Shown: positions 11,625 through 24,879, counted from the stretch's first letter. The stretch is DNA of 64,000 nucleotides from Octopus sinensis (GCF_006345805.1 NC_043000.1:15190001-15254000), one strand, 5' to 3'. Numbers and translations: made by a program. The notes: a model not told the origin generated them from the letters alone.

Positions 11625-14521
11625 AGGATCAGGACTAGGAGGACAACCAGAGACGACAAATATGGAGAAGAAGGATCTGGAAGCTTAAAGATCCTGCAAT
11701 GGACAGAGATTTAGGGACATATTACTTGAAGCCTCTGACGAAGTAGAAGGGGATAGAGCATCACAGGGGTAGAAGACAGCTGGACGTTTCTAAGGGACAA
11801 CCTGCTGAGAGCCACTGACCAGATCTGTGGGGTGGTGCAAAGCCTAGAATAACGTGGTGGTGGAAAATATTGTAGACAGGGCTATTAGAGAAAAGAGACA
11901 GGCTTGGAAGGTCTGGAAAAATGGGGGTAGCAGGGAATTGTATCAGACTGCCAAAAGAGAAGCTAGGAGACAGGTTTATTTAGCCAGAGGGGAAGCAGAT
12001 AAGAAAAAATTTGCCAATGTTCTGCGCCGTGAGGACCAAAGACTGGAGGTGTTCGTGTTGCAAGACAGTGTTTGAGAGAGAATCGTGATGTGGTAGGAGA
12101 GAAGTGTGTTCGCATGGAAGATGGTTCACTTGCGCTAAATGAGGATGCGAAGAGAGAGGTTTGGAGATGCCACTATGAAAGGTTGCTGAATGAAGAAAAT
12201 GAATGGGATAAAGAGAGTCTGCCGAATGTTGACCCAACAGAGGGACCAGCTATCCGAGTTGATAGTTCTGTGGTAGCTAAGGCAATTAGAAGCATGAAGA
12301 CAGGGAAAGCCCCAGGCCCATCAGGAATCACTGCAGAGATGCTCAAAATGTCTGGTAGTGTCGGCTATAGCCTAGTCACCCATATAGTTAATCAGGTGAT
12401 ACACAAAGGGTCATACCCAATGACTGTGGTGTAGCAGTATAATAGTCAACTGCTACAAAGGTAAAGGTGATGCCCTAGATACAAATAACTACAGAGGTAT
12501 CAAGCTGTTGGACCAGGTGATGAAGGTTACGGAGAGGGTCATAGCCCAACTAATTAGAGAGAGAGTTAGTTTAGATGAGATGCAGTTTGGGTTTGTGCCA
12601 GGGAAAAGTACTACTGATGCTATATTCCTGGTAAGGCAGCTGCAGGAGAAATACCTAGCCAAAGATAAGCCCCTGTACCTGGCTTTTGTTGACATGGAGA
12701 AAGCCTTCGACAGGGTCCCCCGATCCCTTATCTGGTGGGCAATGAGAAAACTAGGGATAGATGAATGGTTAGTGAGAGCTGTGCGGGCCATGTATAGGGA
12801 CGCCGCTAGTAGGGTGAGGGTTGGAAATGAGTACAGTGAAGAATTCCGGGTAGAGGTAGGGTCCACCAAGGCTCAGTACTCAGCCCCCTCCTATTTATCA
12901 TAGTCCTCCAGGCAATAACGGAGGAATTCAAGACAGGATGCCCTTGGGAGCTCCTCTATGCTGATGACCTTGCTCTAATTGCTGAGTCGCTATCAGAACT
13001 GGAGGAGAAGTTTCAGGTGTGGAAACAAGGATTAGAATCGAAGGGCCTCAGAGTCAATCTAGCTAAAACCAAAGTCGTAATCAGTAGGAAGGTAGACAAA
13101 TCACAAACACCTTCAGGTAGATGGCCCTGCTCGATCTGTAGAAAAGGTGTAGGTAGAAACTCTATAAGATGCACCAAGTGTAAGCTATGGACACATAAGA
13201 GATGCAGCAATGTCAAAGAAAGGCTAACTAGGAAGATGGTTTTTGTATGTGGCAGATGCTCAGGAACAATAAACACTGAAAATGCTCTGAGACCAACTTC
13301 CGTCACTTTCCGGGAGAAAAACTAGAAATAGTTGATAGTTTCCGTTACCTAGGTGACCAAGTCAGCAGCGGGGGTGGGTGTGCTGAAAGTGTAACTGCTA
13401 GAGTAAGAATAGCTTGGGCAAAGTTCAGAGAGCTCTTACCTCTGCTGGTGACAAAAGGCCTCTCGCACAGAGTGAAAGGCAGACTGTATGATGCGTGTGT
13501 ACGAACAGCCATGCTACATGGCAGTGAAACATGGGCCGTGACTGCTGAGGATATGCGTAAGCTCGCTAGAAATGAAGCCAGTATGCTCCGATGGATGTGT
13601 AATGCCGGTACTCACACTCGCAGAGTGTAAGTACCTTGAGAGAAAAGCTGGACCTAAGAAGCATCAGTTGTGGTGTGCAAGAGAGACGTTTGCGCTGGTA
13701 TGGTCATGTGGCGAGAATGGATGAAGATAGTTGTGTGAAAAAGTGCCACACCCTAGCGGTTGAGGGAACCTGTGGAAGAGGCAGACCCAGGAAAACCTGG
13801 GACGAGGTGGTGAAGCACGACCTTCGAACTTTAGGTCACACTGAGGAAATGACTAGAGACCGAGACTCTGGAAGTGTGCTGTGCGTGAGAAGACCGGCAG
13901 GACAAGTGAGTCCACAACCCGTGGCCTTCTACATGGGATGGAGCCAGCCTACGTATGCATACCTTCCCTTCTTGGGACACAAAACTCTACTTGTGAAGAC
14001 GTGTTGAGGCAAGTGAGGATCAGAATCGAAATCGATCAATGGAAATTGCGGATGTGCTACCAGTGCCGGTGGCATGTCGAAACTCTGCTTGTGAAGACCC
14101 ATTGAGGCAAGTGAGGATCAGAATCGAAATCGATCAATGGAAATCGATCAATGGAAATTGCAGATGTGTTACCAGTGCCGGTGGCATGTAAGAGAACTTT
14201 CCGTTTCGCGACCGTTGCCAGCACCGCCCCGTTTCGTGTCCGTTGCCAGCCTCGCCTGGCCCTCGTGCCGGTGGCACATAAAAAGCACCATCCGTTCGTG
14301 GCCGTTTGCCAGCTCTGTCTGGCACCAGTGCGGGGTGGCACGTAAAAAGCACCCACTACACTCACGGAGTGGTTGGCGTTAGGAAGGGCATCCAGCCGTA
14401 GAAACACTGCCAGATTTGACTGGGCCTGATGAAGCCTTCTGGCTTCACAGACCCCAGTAGAACCGTCCAACCCATGCTAGCATGGAAAACGGACGCTAAA
14501 TGATGATGATGATGATGATGA
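11625..14521 (+). mobile_element. 5'-truncated, frameshifted RTE-clade LINE (RT + PHD-like finger + repeat-containing 3' UTR, (ATG)n tail)
   Basis: RT motifs YRGIKLL, QFGF, AFVDMEKAFDRVP, HQGS..SP and YADD (12957-12968), C-terminal RRLRWYGHV..GRGRP..W, spread over several frames. Ends in ccatgctagcatgg...(atg)n. Confidence 0.92.
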
Positions 14522-17500
14522 TATATGTATATATATATATACATACACATACATACAAGTAAAAAATAGAAAATACTATCTTTGATATATCAAAAACTGT
14601 TTCTATTAGCCATTTCAACAACATCAATCATCATTCACAATCCTATAATCAATAATTACATTATAATAGTTGTATATGTGTCACCTCAAGATATAGATAT
14701 CAACCATGCGATGTTTGTTATATATAGTCCAAAATAAAGGAGTATAAAAATACAAAAAAAAAGTTATCAAATAAAACATATAATAGCAGTTGCATTCACA
14801 CAGATGCAGTGTGTAGCAAAGTGCCAGAACAATAAATCTTTGTCTCAATAGTCAGATAAACAGTTAGCATCCAGTCAGAAACAGTTACGAGGCACTGATA
14901 AGGTTCTACTGTAAAATCATCTTATAATAAAAGGTCAGTGAGACCCAGGAAGACATGGGATGATGTGGTGAAGGCTGATCTCAAGACACTGAGCCTTGCA
15001 GAGATGATGAAGGAATGAGCTGACTGATGATTCATTGTGCTTGAGAAGACTAGTCTGCGACAATGCATCTAATCTTCCTAACACTCATCCTACCATCACT
15101 CTTCTAACTATAACATTATTCAGCTGCTGTAACAAGAGCAGAATCTGCACATATTTCAGTCCCTTTTGTGCTCCCAGTTATTTCCCCTCTCTACGGAAAT
15201 AACTCCTTTTAAAATACCCCATTCTCAATATCCTTTTCTACTTCATTCTCCATCATTCACCCCCTTTTTGTGCCTCCTGAGATCTCCCTTTCCTAAGAAC
15301 TACCATACTTAATCTTTGATACCCTCTCCTATCTGCTATCAATAGTCCTCTACCCCCATCTGCTAACAATAGCCACTCCTATATATCTCCGACTGCCATC
15401 GGTGTCACAGTACATATCTCCCTCCCACAGCATACCAACTCCCCATTTTCTGATCTCCAAGCTTATTATACTGCTGCTCTCCACCCTTCCTGAGCCACTC
15501 TTATATCTTTCACTCCACTCCATACTGGTATTTCCCACTGACCACACCTCCTCTCTTGACCATCATTCATCTCTACCCATCTGTCACTCTTCTCTCATGC
15601 TCTTACGAAATTACCCACCCACTCTTCCTGATTCTGTCCTTATTCTCTCTTATACTCATTTTCCTACACCTTGATAGTATGCTGACACCTTGTCAGCACC
15701 AACTTTCTCTTCCATCAAGCTACCCACCCACCCCTATATAATGCAAGAAAGCAATGCATCTTCTCTATAGTAACACATTTGAAACTCCCTCTCACCACTG
15801 AGCAAAAAGCTACCTTCCTCTTTACTACAAACCCATACAGGGGAGTGGGGGGCTCTCTTTGTCTCATGAGTTATTTGTAGTAATAGTTTAGTGCAACAAA
15901 AGAAAAACAAAACCCACCCAGTTCACTGTGTAAAGTGGTTGGCATTAGGAAGGGCATCCAGCCACAGAAACCATGCCAAATCAGGCATTGGAGCTTGACA
16001 CAGACTTCTGACTTGTTGGTCCTGTAAAGCTGTCCAACCCAAGCCAGTATAGAAGACAAAAGTGGATGATGCATACATATATGTGCGTGTACATATACAT
16101 ATTCATGCATACACATGTTTGTGTGTGTGTGTGTGTGTGCACATTATACATATATAAGTGCTCATATACATTCATATACAAACACACTCACTAAAGTAGG
16201 TGTGACTATGCATACATGAGACTTGGTGTGCACACATTCAGCAATCTTTCCGTTTCACATTTCCTGGAAAAAGAGAAAGTGCAACAATGAACAATAGACT
16301 GATAAATGTGGAACCACACGGATCGAGGAAGTATTGTAACAGCATAAAGGCGGCGAGCTGACAGAATCGTTAGCACGCTGGGCAAAATGTTTAACGATAT
16401 TTCGCCGGTCGCTACGTTCTGGGTTCAAATTCCGCCGAAGTTGACTTTGCCTTTCATCCTTTCGAGGTCGATAAATTAAGTACCAGTTGAGTACTGGGCC
16501 GGTGTAATCGACTACCCCCTACCCCAAATTTCAGGCCTTGTGCCTATAGTAGAAAGGATTGTAACAGCATAAAAAATATACTTTGCCCCTTGATGTCTTC
16601 AATTTGGATTTATGAAAAAAGATTATATACTGACAACAAATGTAATTGGGTTCATCATAACACCACATGTACAAAAGAGATTGAAAAGCTAATTTTACAA
16701 TGGAATATGTAATACCATTTCATAAATTTATAGATATTGTATAACCATTAGTAGGTAGCAAAGGTTTTGACATGCTGTACGTAACAGCTGCAGCATGGTA
16801 AATTTTACACAGTCCTACAGTTTCGTTAGTGTTTAGAATATAGAAATTAAAATAAAGTTTGACCTGGTTTTCATATTGATTCATGGCATACCAACTTCCG
16901 ACTGACAAACACACCAAGGAATTTATGATGTACTGTTGTTTCGAGTATCAAACATTGGCAAAAATTCGAGATCGCCAACGTCTACTGCCCTTTGTAATTC
17001 TAATAACAACAACATCAGAATTTGAAAGATTTTCAAAATAGGGGTCCATTATAGGTAGTAACTTCGATCGGAAATATTAAGGAAAAGAACAACGAAAAAA
17101 CAATTTAGCCCTAATAATTGAATTTAGGGGTCTACTTGTCTTACAAAATGGGCATTTTTGACGAATTTTAGTGATTACATTAAATATTCTTTCTTTTCGA
17201 GAATATCTAAAACTCAATGAAAGAAATTATGTAAACGGTCGTTGACCTGTGAAAATAGGTACAAGGTTCATTAGCCTTGGTACCACCAAGTCAGTAAAGT
17301 ATCATTTATATAACAATTGTTGATAAATAGGAACCGAAACTAGTTTAGGTTCTGTTTATACATTCCAACCAACTTAACTAATCAATGGTTGCTTAGAAAG
17401 AACAACGGTTGACTCAATGATTAAGCAAGTTTCGGTGGGCATCAGAAGAACAGAAAATCTTCAGCAACTAGGTCCAGCTTTAACAACTATACTACGGTCA

Positions 17501-18513
17501 AAATGGATTCAACGCCAAATATAAAAGGGCAGAAAAAACCGAATGTTAAAACGAAGATTATACGACGGTCGTTATTAGGCAAAAACTGGGAAGTACTGGA
17601 CTAAATGCCCAACAATATCTGAATTCGCCCTTCGATACCAGAGTTCAATTCCAATCAGAGTCGACTTTGCTTCTAAGTACCAATCACGTACTAGCGTCAT
17701 CAGTTCATCGACTACACTTCTCCCCAATACAGTTTTGGTTTTGACTAATCACCCATAACAGCAATATCATATTAATGCTACTAAATCTAGGTAAACTTGT
17801 ATTTTCGTACAGGGGTTTCGAATTACGATAAAAGAGCAAAACCAACAGAGAAGAATCCGAAACTACTCTTTGGTACTACTACTACAAGCTGAAGAGAATA
17901 TTAACCTTAGTTGTTTGAAATGAAGACTAATTAACAGAAACGAACAATAGATATATTTATTAGTAGAGTTGTTTGATTTGAAAATAGCTCAATAATTAGT
18001 GCTTGTAGAGCAAACGAACATTTTGAAGAACAATGAAAATAAATATATCAGGTTTAAACTTTATAAAGATAATTCCAAATTTTACTTAAGGAATCTACCG
18101 AATTACACCATATGAAGAAATTCGTAAATATAAACAAGTGTTATATTAATAAGCAGTGGAGATCTTTAATGTAAATTAACGTTAACTAATTCTGCATATA
18201 ATATAAATGAATAAAAAAAAAAAGCAACCCCAAAATGTAACAGCATTTGATGGAATCGAACCTAGTACACTCCCGATAGCCAGGAGGCAACTGCGTTAAC
18301 TATTTCACAACCAGACAATTTAATATTCCTGCTTTTGAATGAAGCCAACATGTTTTTACTGTGATGAAAATTTCCATCGCTGCGGCTAGATTTCACCAAG
18401 AATTTCTGTTCCACTATGTATTATGTAGGTCTGTGAGAGTATATTATATGATAGAAACTCTGCAGTGAATATATATATATATATATATCTGTGTGTGTGT
18501 GTGTGTTACACAT

Positions 18514-18563
<50 letters not shown>

Positions 18564-19886
18564 GTGTGTGTTACACATACACACACACACTTGTGTGTCT
18601 GTGTAGTCATAAAACAAATGCTAATAAAAATGATGTAATTTCAGGGAATATGTAAAAAGTAAATGGCGATAGCAACGACAAGAAATAGGAGATCTCAACT
18701 ATTATCATTATTACCGAATTTGAAGAGGTTTGCAAGTCGGTATTCGATGCTTAGTCTGGGTTATGCTAGTAGTGATCCAAGTGGGCTTCCGTACAAACAC
18801 CACCACAGTTGTTCACGGATACTAATGACTTTCCGAAACCACAACTATTTTTTACTTCGCTTGCAAATTACACCAAAACTTAGCCATAAAGAAACCTACA
18901 AGGATTTGTAGTAGCTTTGTTTTAGGTGTGTGTGTCATACAGTTTCCTCTATTTTTCTTTTTTTTAAAGTATATTTATAGTTTCTACATGTAACCTAGAA
19001 GACATGGAATAAACAAAAACAAAACCAAATATTATTTGCGGTTTTACAAGTCTGAAGAGAGAGAGAGAGAGAGAGGATCACACGAAATTTTCGAATAAAA
19101 GACGAAAATACTGGTTCATTCACAAGCAAAGAATCTGCAGTGAATAACCGAATGAAACTACTATGTCCAGGGGACTGAGAGTTAGGAAGAAGACGTTAGA
19201 GTTTGAGTAAGGCAAGGTTTCAAATTTGCTCGGCCTCTCCGAGGGAGCGTTATTTCTTCTAGGAAAATGCCAGTTGGAGACTTGGATTTGCTATCAGTGG
19301 AATGAACAATCTATAAAACCTTTCATATCGATGTTGTTATTTATTAATGGGGAAATAAAATATAAGCGGATCATTAAAACAATCCATGCTATACGTATAT
19401 GTAGTTGTGTCTATATATATATGATACATGACTACACAGATCTATATTTGAATAAGTCTGTGTGCATGTTTACTATGTATGTGTATGAGAGAGAGATAGC
19501 AAAAATACTCTCTATAAGCAACCTGGTGTATACACTTATAAGGATATGCCGATAAATGGCAAGGAACAACTAGTCTACAAGTGGTTTCCAGCGACTCCAA
19601 GAGCCAAAGTCTACATTTTAATGTAAATATTTAAATCTGGAAATTTGTGACGTGTTTACCGTAAACTAGATATATTTCTGATATTTCTGTTAACCGTGTT
19701 TTTAGTGAGTGGGGACCGACTTGCTAATACCAAACTATTTCAACATAACACTGTAGAAAGGGCGACATATATGAGAGATACCAGTAGTAGGGAGTGAAAC
19801 ACTGCTTCTGCACAACAGTAGCTGTTTTGCAGTCAATAAAATACCTTCTTACCAAACGATACACAAGTCATACGCTGTTTACTCAC

Positions 19887-20609
19887 CAGGAAGCACAATT
19901 TTGGCCAGTTGTGAATGAAATATCGGTATGTATATATCGAATAAGGTTCAGAGAGATCCTTGGTAATCAATCGCATGATATCGGCCATCTGGAGTTCACA
20001 TTCGTAAACGCGATACTCCAGTTGGCTTTCTGTAGCGACAGTATTAGCACATGCATCATCTACAACTGCCGTCTCAGGTCCCGAAGATATGGCAACAGTA
20101 GATGTGTTGTCCTTAGAAATGTTAAGGTTATTCAGTTGTTTATTTACACTGTCCATAACCTCTTGCCGATTGGAAGGGTTGTCGTCATGGTCGCGTGACG
20201 ATTTAATCTCTTCTACCCCGGACTGACAAGACAAAATGCCCGTGTCGCTTTCATTATGACTGCAATCAGGATTGCAACTAACACTATTTAAAGTACAACA
20301 ATCATATTCCTCTTCGCCGTTAGGGCCGAGCAATCCATCAGGTAAGACATGGTTAATCAGTCCGTTTTCATCTGTTCTATGTTTTATCTTGCCATTTGGT
20401 AATGTGTTTTCTTTGATTCCGGCTCGTTCGATAATTTTAGTGGTGGTAGATACGACCTGGTGATCTTTAGTGATTGTAGACAAGTTGTTCAGTTCCGACA
20501 AGTTCGTTTGATTACTGCCCCAAGCAGTGGCTCCATGTGCCGAGTCCAGCTGGGACGCATAGGTCTTCTCCTCTTCACAGCAACCTAAGCTAAGGCCACT
20601 ATTTTCCAT
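19887..20609 (-). CDS. NAA30: N-alpha-acetyltransferase 30 (NatC catalytic subunit, MAK3), first coding exon, 241 codons
   Basis: The ORF ends in [43 protein letters not shown], the NAA30/Mak3 GNAT N-terminal signature, after a long low-complexity N-terminus. ATG at 20609 (context gaaATGg); phase-0 donor CTG|GTGAGT at 19886. The remaining GNAT exons were not found in the window. Confidence 0.93.
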
Positions 20610-20689
20610 TTCATGGAGAAAATGCAAATGACGCCGATTTAGATAAAATGTTAATAACTGTATATAGACTTTATAAGGCAAAATCTAAT

Positions 20690-21037
20690 CAATGCAAACG
20701 TTTGTGATCATAACAAGTATTATGGTCAAACAGGTTAAAAAGGAGCAGACCTTGCGTTAAGACATGTTGAGAAAATACCATTTTACTTTCAAGTACTAGT
20801 TGACATGCGTAGTGGACTACGTCGTCGGATTACTACGCTATTTCTAATAAATCCCATCCAGTTATGAACGAGAAAAGAAAACCACCAACATTTTATCAAA
20901 AATATGTTACCTCAATAATCAGAGGACATCAAATAAATTTCCACACGGAAATTAAAGCATTTTTCATCACGACTTTTATGTTTTTAGTGTGTAGTCATTT
21001 CCGGTGTGTAAAGTGGTTTTAACTGTATCACGCCGCC
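20690..21037. promoter_or_regulatory. Bidirectional promoter region shared by NAA30 (-) and COA6 (+)
   Basis: The divergent start codons at 20609 and 21038 are only about 430 bp apart. The region is CpG-containing and has an ETS-like CCGGAAAT (minus strand, ~20997-21004). Confidence 0.7.
20911..20990 (-). other. NAA30: Putative non-coding first exon of NAA30 (5' boundary approximate)
   Basis: Donor-like GAG|GTAACA at 20910 on the minus strand and a candidate acceptor (tatacag) near 20658. Inferred only from splice signals. Confidence 0.35.
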
Positions 21038-21052
21038 ATGTCAGACGTAACT
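21038..21052 (+). CDS. COA6: COA6 coding exon 1 (MSDVT)
   Basis: cgccgccATG Kozak context followed by ACT|GTAAGT, a phase-0 donor that matches the phase-0 acceptor at 26739. Exon 2 has no Met before the conserved region. Confidence 0.78.
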
Positions 21053-23614
21053 GTAAGTTGCAAATTCTAATGTGTAACATAATATAATATAAATACATTT
21101 TTACTCAATTGCTTATTTATTTTACATATACTTTACTTTTTATTTACGACTTATTTATTCTAAATCTTTTAGTTTCACAATAATCTAGAGTAACACTCCT
21201 CTTATATAAGGGGACGCAGTAATTTGTTTATCAACATGGAAATGTGATACTAAATATTTTGACAAAATAAGTTTTCGGAAATCAAAATTCTATCACGATT
21301 TAAGTGATTGATCACTGTATTTCATTATATTGGGAGAAAAATATCAAGTTTTGCTACCCTTTAATTCATTCACCTTTCTTTCGGTGATCTTTCTCTCTAA
21401 TATTCTGGTTAAATGTCAGCATTTTCTAATCATATACTTTGTGAAATTTCAAGTAGTCAAGCAGGACTAAATTTGATTTTTCAGATGAAGTGTGCATAGT
21501 TAGCAAATGAAACTAGAAGTAAAAAGAGACATGCCCTTAAAATTAATTGAGAATTTTATTAATGATTGATTTCCCACCTAAATAAGGGGTGTATATCGAT
21601 ACATGGTAGTGCCCCACTATCAACCTCAGAAGAAAAAGCAATAGTCGCCAAAATACCTTTAGTCCGGGCAATTTCAAAACTGCCTCCAATCTAGAAAGGC
21701 TAAACTAACGATAAAATAATATGAATAATAAAATTCCTCGATGAAATTAATTGTAACTGCTTCTGTTCCACAGGCAGCTTAACAACCTTTTAACCTTAAC
21801 GACTCGTGTTACTTGTTAAACTGAAAGTTATTAATAACAACTTCCAGTATAAAGTTTTGGTTTATTTTTCAAATTGTTTTGTCAAGAGAGATGCTTCATG
21901 TGTTAAGAGCAAATGAAGATTTATACAAACTTGAAATTATAAAATTACCAGGCTTATGATGAAATATTTCACTGAATTTAAGTCACATCGCAGTGATCTC
22001 CCCTTCTCAACCTACCCTTGTTAACATCTGTTATATAATAAAGTTGGAAAACTTCCATTATCTGAGATTATGCAAGTAATTATTCGACAAAATCAGGCAA
22101 AAGAAAGAGTGTTTTAAAATCTAGAGGCAACATTAGGGGAGATAACTTCGACAAGCTCAGCTGATTGTAATTTTTGGATGATATAGGCGCAGGCAGTTCG
22201 CTTCACAGCCATGTGGTGTCGGGTTCCATCACATTGCATGGTACCTTGGGGATATATATGTATTCTGTTATATTTTTTTCCTTTTATTCTTTTATCTTAG
22301 TCATTATAATGCAGCCATTCCTGGATCATTTCCTTGGAAGGTACAGGGAAACGAATCGACCCCAGTAATTGCTTTTAAAGTCTAGTCCTTATTCTGTCGG
22401 TCTCTTTTGCTGAATGGCTCAGTTACAGGGACGTGGACGAACCAACACAGTTGTATATCAGTGGATGGGGCAAACACAGACACATACGCACGCGTGCACA
22501 CATATATGCGTATCTATATATATGATTGCGTGTGTGGGTGGGGCTGGAGAGGTTAGAGGGAAGAGGTGAGTAAACGGAGAAAAGGAACAGAGGACTGAGG
22601 GAACCCTAAAAAGGTTTCTAATGATATTAACGATATTATCCTTTTTTGACATTGTAACAATCAATTTGATTTTTTTTTTATCTTCATTAATTTTATCACC
22701 CAGTGGGTTTCACCTTTAACAACAATCCATGGGAAATAACTCTTCTCAGACAGGTTAGCGTCAAAAAGGTTAAGATGATGGTGTATTTTGAAGGAAATTT
22801 GACAGCTATTTCTAGCAAGTCTGATGCCCATGTAGCGGTTGTCTTCATTCTCTCATGATAGTAATTTGATGAGCTTTCTTATTGCTCTTTTACTGATTTC
22901 GATCGTTGACTGTAGCCATTCTGGGGCCACAATTTTATTTCAGTTCCCAACTTGTTATTTCGATTGTAATACAGTTAACAGACACATGAATGTCAAATGA
23001 TCTCATTTTCTTTGTCCTGTGTATCAGATTTTTTGGTATAGTAAGGTGTTACTTATATTTCTTATAGCCTTGCAAAAAGCATAATTATCAACTGCTCTAC
23101 AAAATCTGCTGGCCGTCTGATCCTGACTGGCTCCTGTGCTGGTGGAATGTAAAAAGCACCATTCAAGCATGGTCGATGCCAGAACCACCTGACTGGCCCT
23201 CGTGCTGGTGGCACGTAAAAAGCACCCACTACACTCTCAGAGTGGTTGGTATTAGGGGGGGGCATCCAGCTGTAGAAACTTTGCCAGATCGGATTGGAGC
23301 TTGGTGCAGCCTTCTGGCTTGCCACCCCTCAGTCAAACCGCCCAACCCATGCCAGCATGGAAAGCGGACTTTAAACGATGATGATGATGATATATATATA
23401 TAATTTTAATCAGGAGTCAGCTAACTGCTTCACCACACACCGAATTTAGAAATAGGAGTTAAATGCCTTTTCTACTACCACAAAAAGAAAAAATAACGAA
23501 TCCATACAACTCAGATTAGCTACATACGTGTTTCAAGATGAAAGTTATATTTACTTACTTATTTCTCATCTTCAGTGCAGCATTTCGAAATATAAATTTA
23601 GGAGTGTTAAAATT

Positions 23615-24143
23615 GGACACAAAACTCTACTTGTGAAGACCTGTTGAGGCAAGTGAGGATCAGAATCGAAATCGATCAATGGAAATTGCAGATGTGTTAC
23701 CAGTGCCGGTGGCATGTCGAAACTCTACTTGTGAAGACCCGTTGAGGCAAGTGAGGATCAGAATCAAAATCGATCAATGGAAATTGCAGATGTGTTACCA
23801 GTGCTGGTAGCATGTAAGAGAACCTTCCGTTTCACGACCGTTGCCAGCACCGCCCCGTTTCGTGTCCGTTGTCAGCCTCGCCTGGCCCTCGTGCCAGTGG
23901 CACATAAAAAAGCACCATCCGTTCGTGGCCGTTTGCCAGCTCTGTCTGGCACCTGTGCGGGTGGCACGTAAAAAGCACCCACTACACTCTCGGAGTGGTT
24001 GGCGTTAGGAAGGGCATCCAGCCGTAGAAACACTGCCAGATTTGACTGGGCCTGATGAAGCCTTCTGGCTTCACAGACCCCAGTAGAACCGTCCAACCCA
24101 TGCTAGCATGGAAAGCGGACGCTAAACGATGATGATGATGATG
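23615..24143 (+). mobile_element. RTE 3' UTR copy, same subfamily as 13975-14521
   Basis: Near-identical to 13975-14521, including the internal ~100-bp tandem duplication and the (atg)n tail. Confidence 0.88.
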
Positions 24144-24185
24144 AATAAAAGGGTAAAATTAATTGATTAATTTTACCCTTTTATT

Positions 24186-24209
<24 letters not shown>

Positions 24210-24221
<12 letters not shown>

Positions 24222-24420
24222 TATGTATTTATATATATGTATTTATATATATGTATGTATTTATATATATGTATTTATATATATGTATGTATTTATATAT
24301 ATGTATGTATTTATATATATGTATGTATTTATATATATGTATGTATTTATATATATGAATGTATTTATACATATGTATTTATATATATGTATTTATATAT
24401 ATATATATATGTATATATAT
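24210..24420. repeat. 18-bp AT-rich minisatellite (tatttatatatatgtatg)n
   Basis: Visible tandem units, which give the spurious YMYVFI-repeat ORF. Confidence 0.85.
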
Positions 24421-24421
24421 T

Positions 24422-24640
24422 TATGGGGTGGATGTAGGTGTCTTCAAAATAAAGCTGGACCTTTTACTGTCAAGTGTCCCAGATGAACCAACTTCGCGGT
24501 CAGAGGTGCAGATGAGGGCAGCTGCATCAAACTCTCTCATGCACTAAATATCAATTCCTAAAGAGCATTCATGAAGTAAAAGTATGCAGCAACACTAGCA
24601 TGGCCACAGCTCATGAGCTGAAACTAGATAAAATAAAAAA
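24422..24640 (+). mobile_element. LINE 3' end fragment (CR1/L2-like)
   Basis: FKIKLDLLLSSVPDEP...RAAASNSL C-terminal motif followed by an A-rich tail. Confidence 0.5.
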
Positions 24641-24879
24641 AAAAGTTTAAAAAATATAAACATGGGACAAGAGCGCAAAACATCCGGACAGTTAGGTGAT
24701 ACAAAAAAGGGACAACAAAACATCCAGACAGACGATACAAAGAAAACAAGGAGGGGTCATTCGGAGTTTTTTTTCCTCAGTCAATTTTCAGATTATCTTT
24801 GCAATTTCGGATGTGTGTGTATGTATATATATATATATGTATAACTTCAGGAAACCTGCCAGTCACCTACTGTTCTGAC

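Noticed and set aside
14424-14450. CTGATGA followed by a hairpin (also at ~24052) as a hammerhead
   Set aside because: There is no GAAA after the stem, and other RTE copies read cctggtgcagcc at this position, so it is a chance variant.
18240-18312. tRNA-like sequence on the minus strand with GGTTCGATTCC
   Set aside because: No full cloverleaf can be drawn; it is probably a decayed SINE head. The SINE heads elsewhere are likewise not called as tRNA genes.
20610-20681. N-terminal extension MPYKVYIQ... of the NAA30 ORF
   Set aside because: It lies in AT-rich sequence that spans a candidate acceptor; ATG 20609 has better context.
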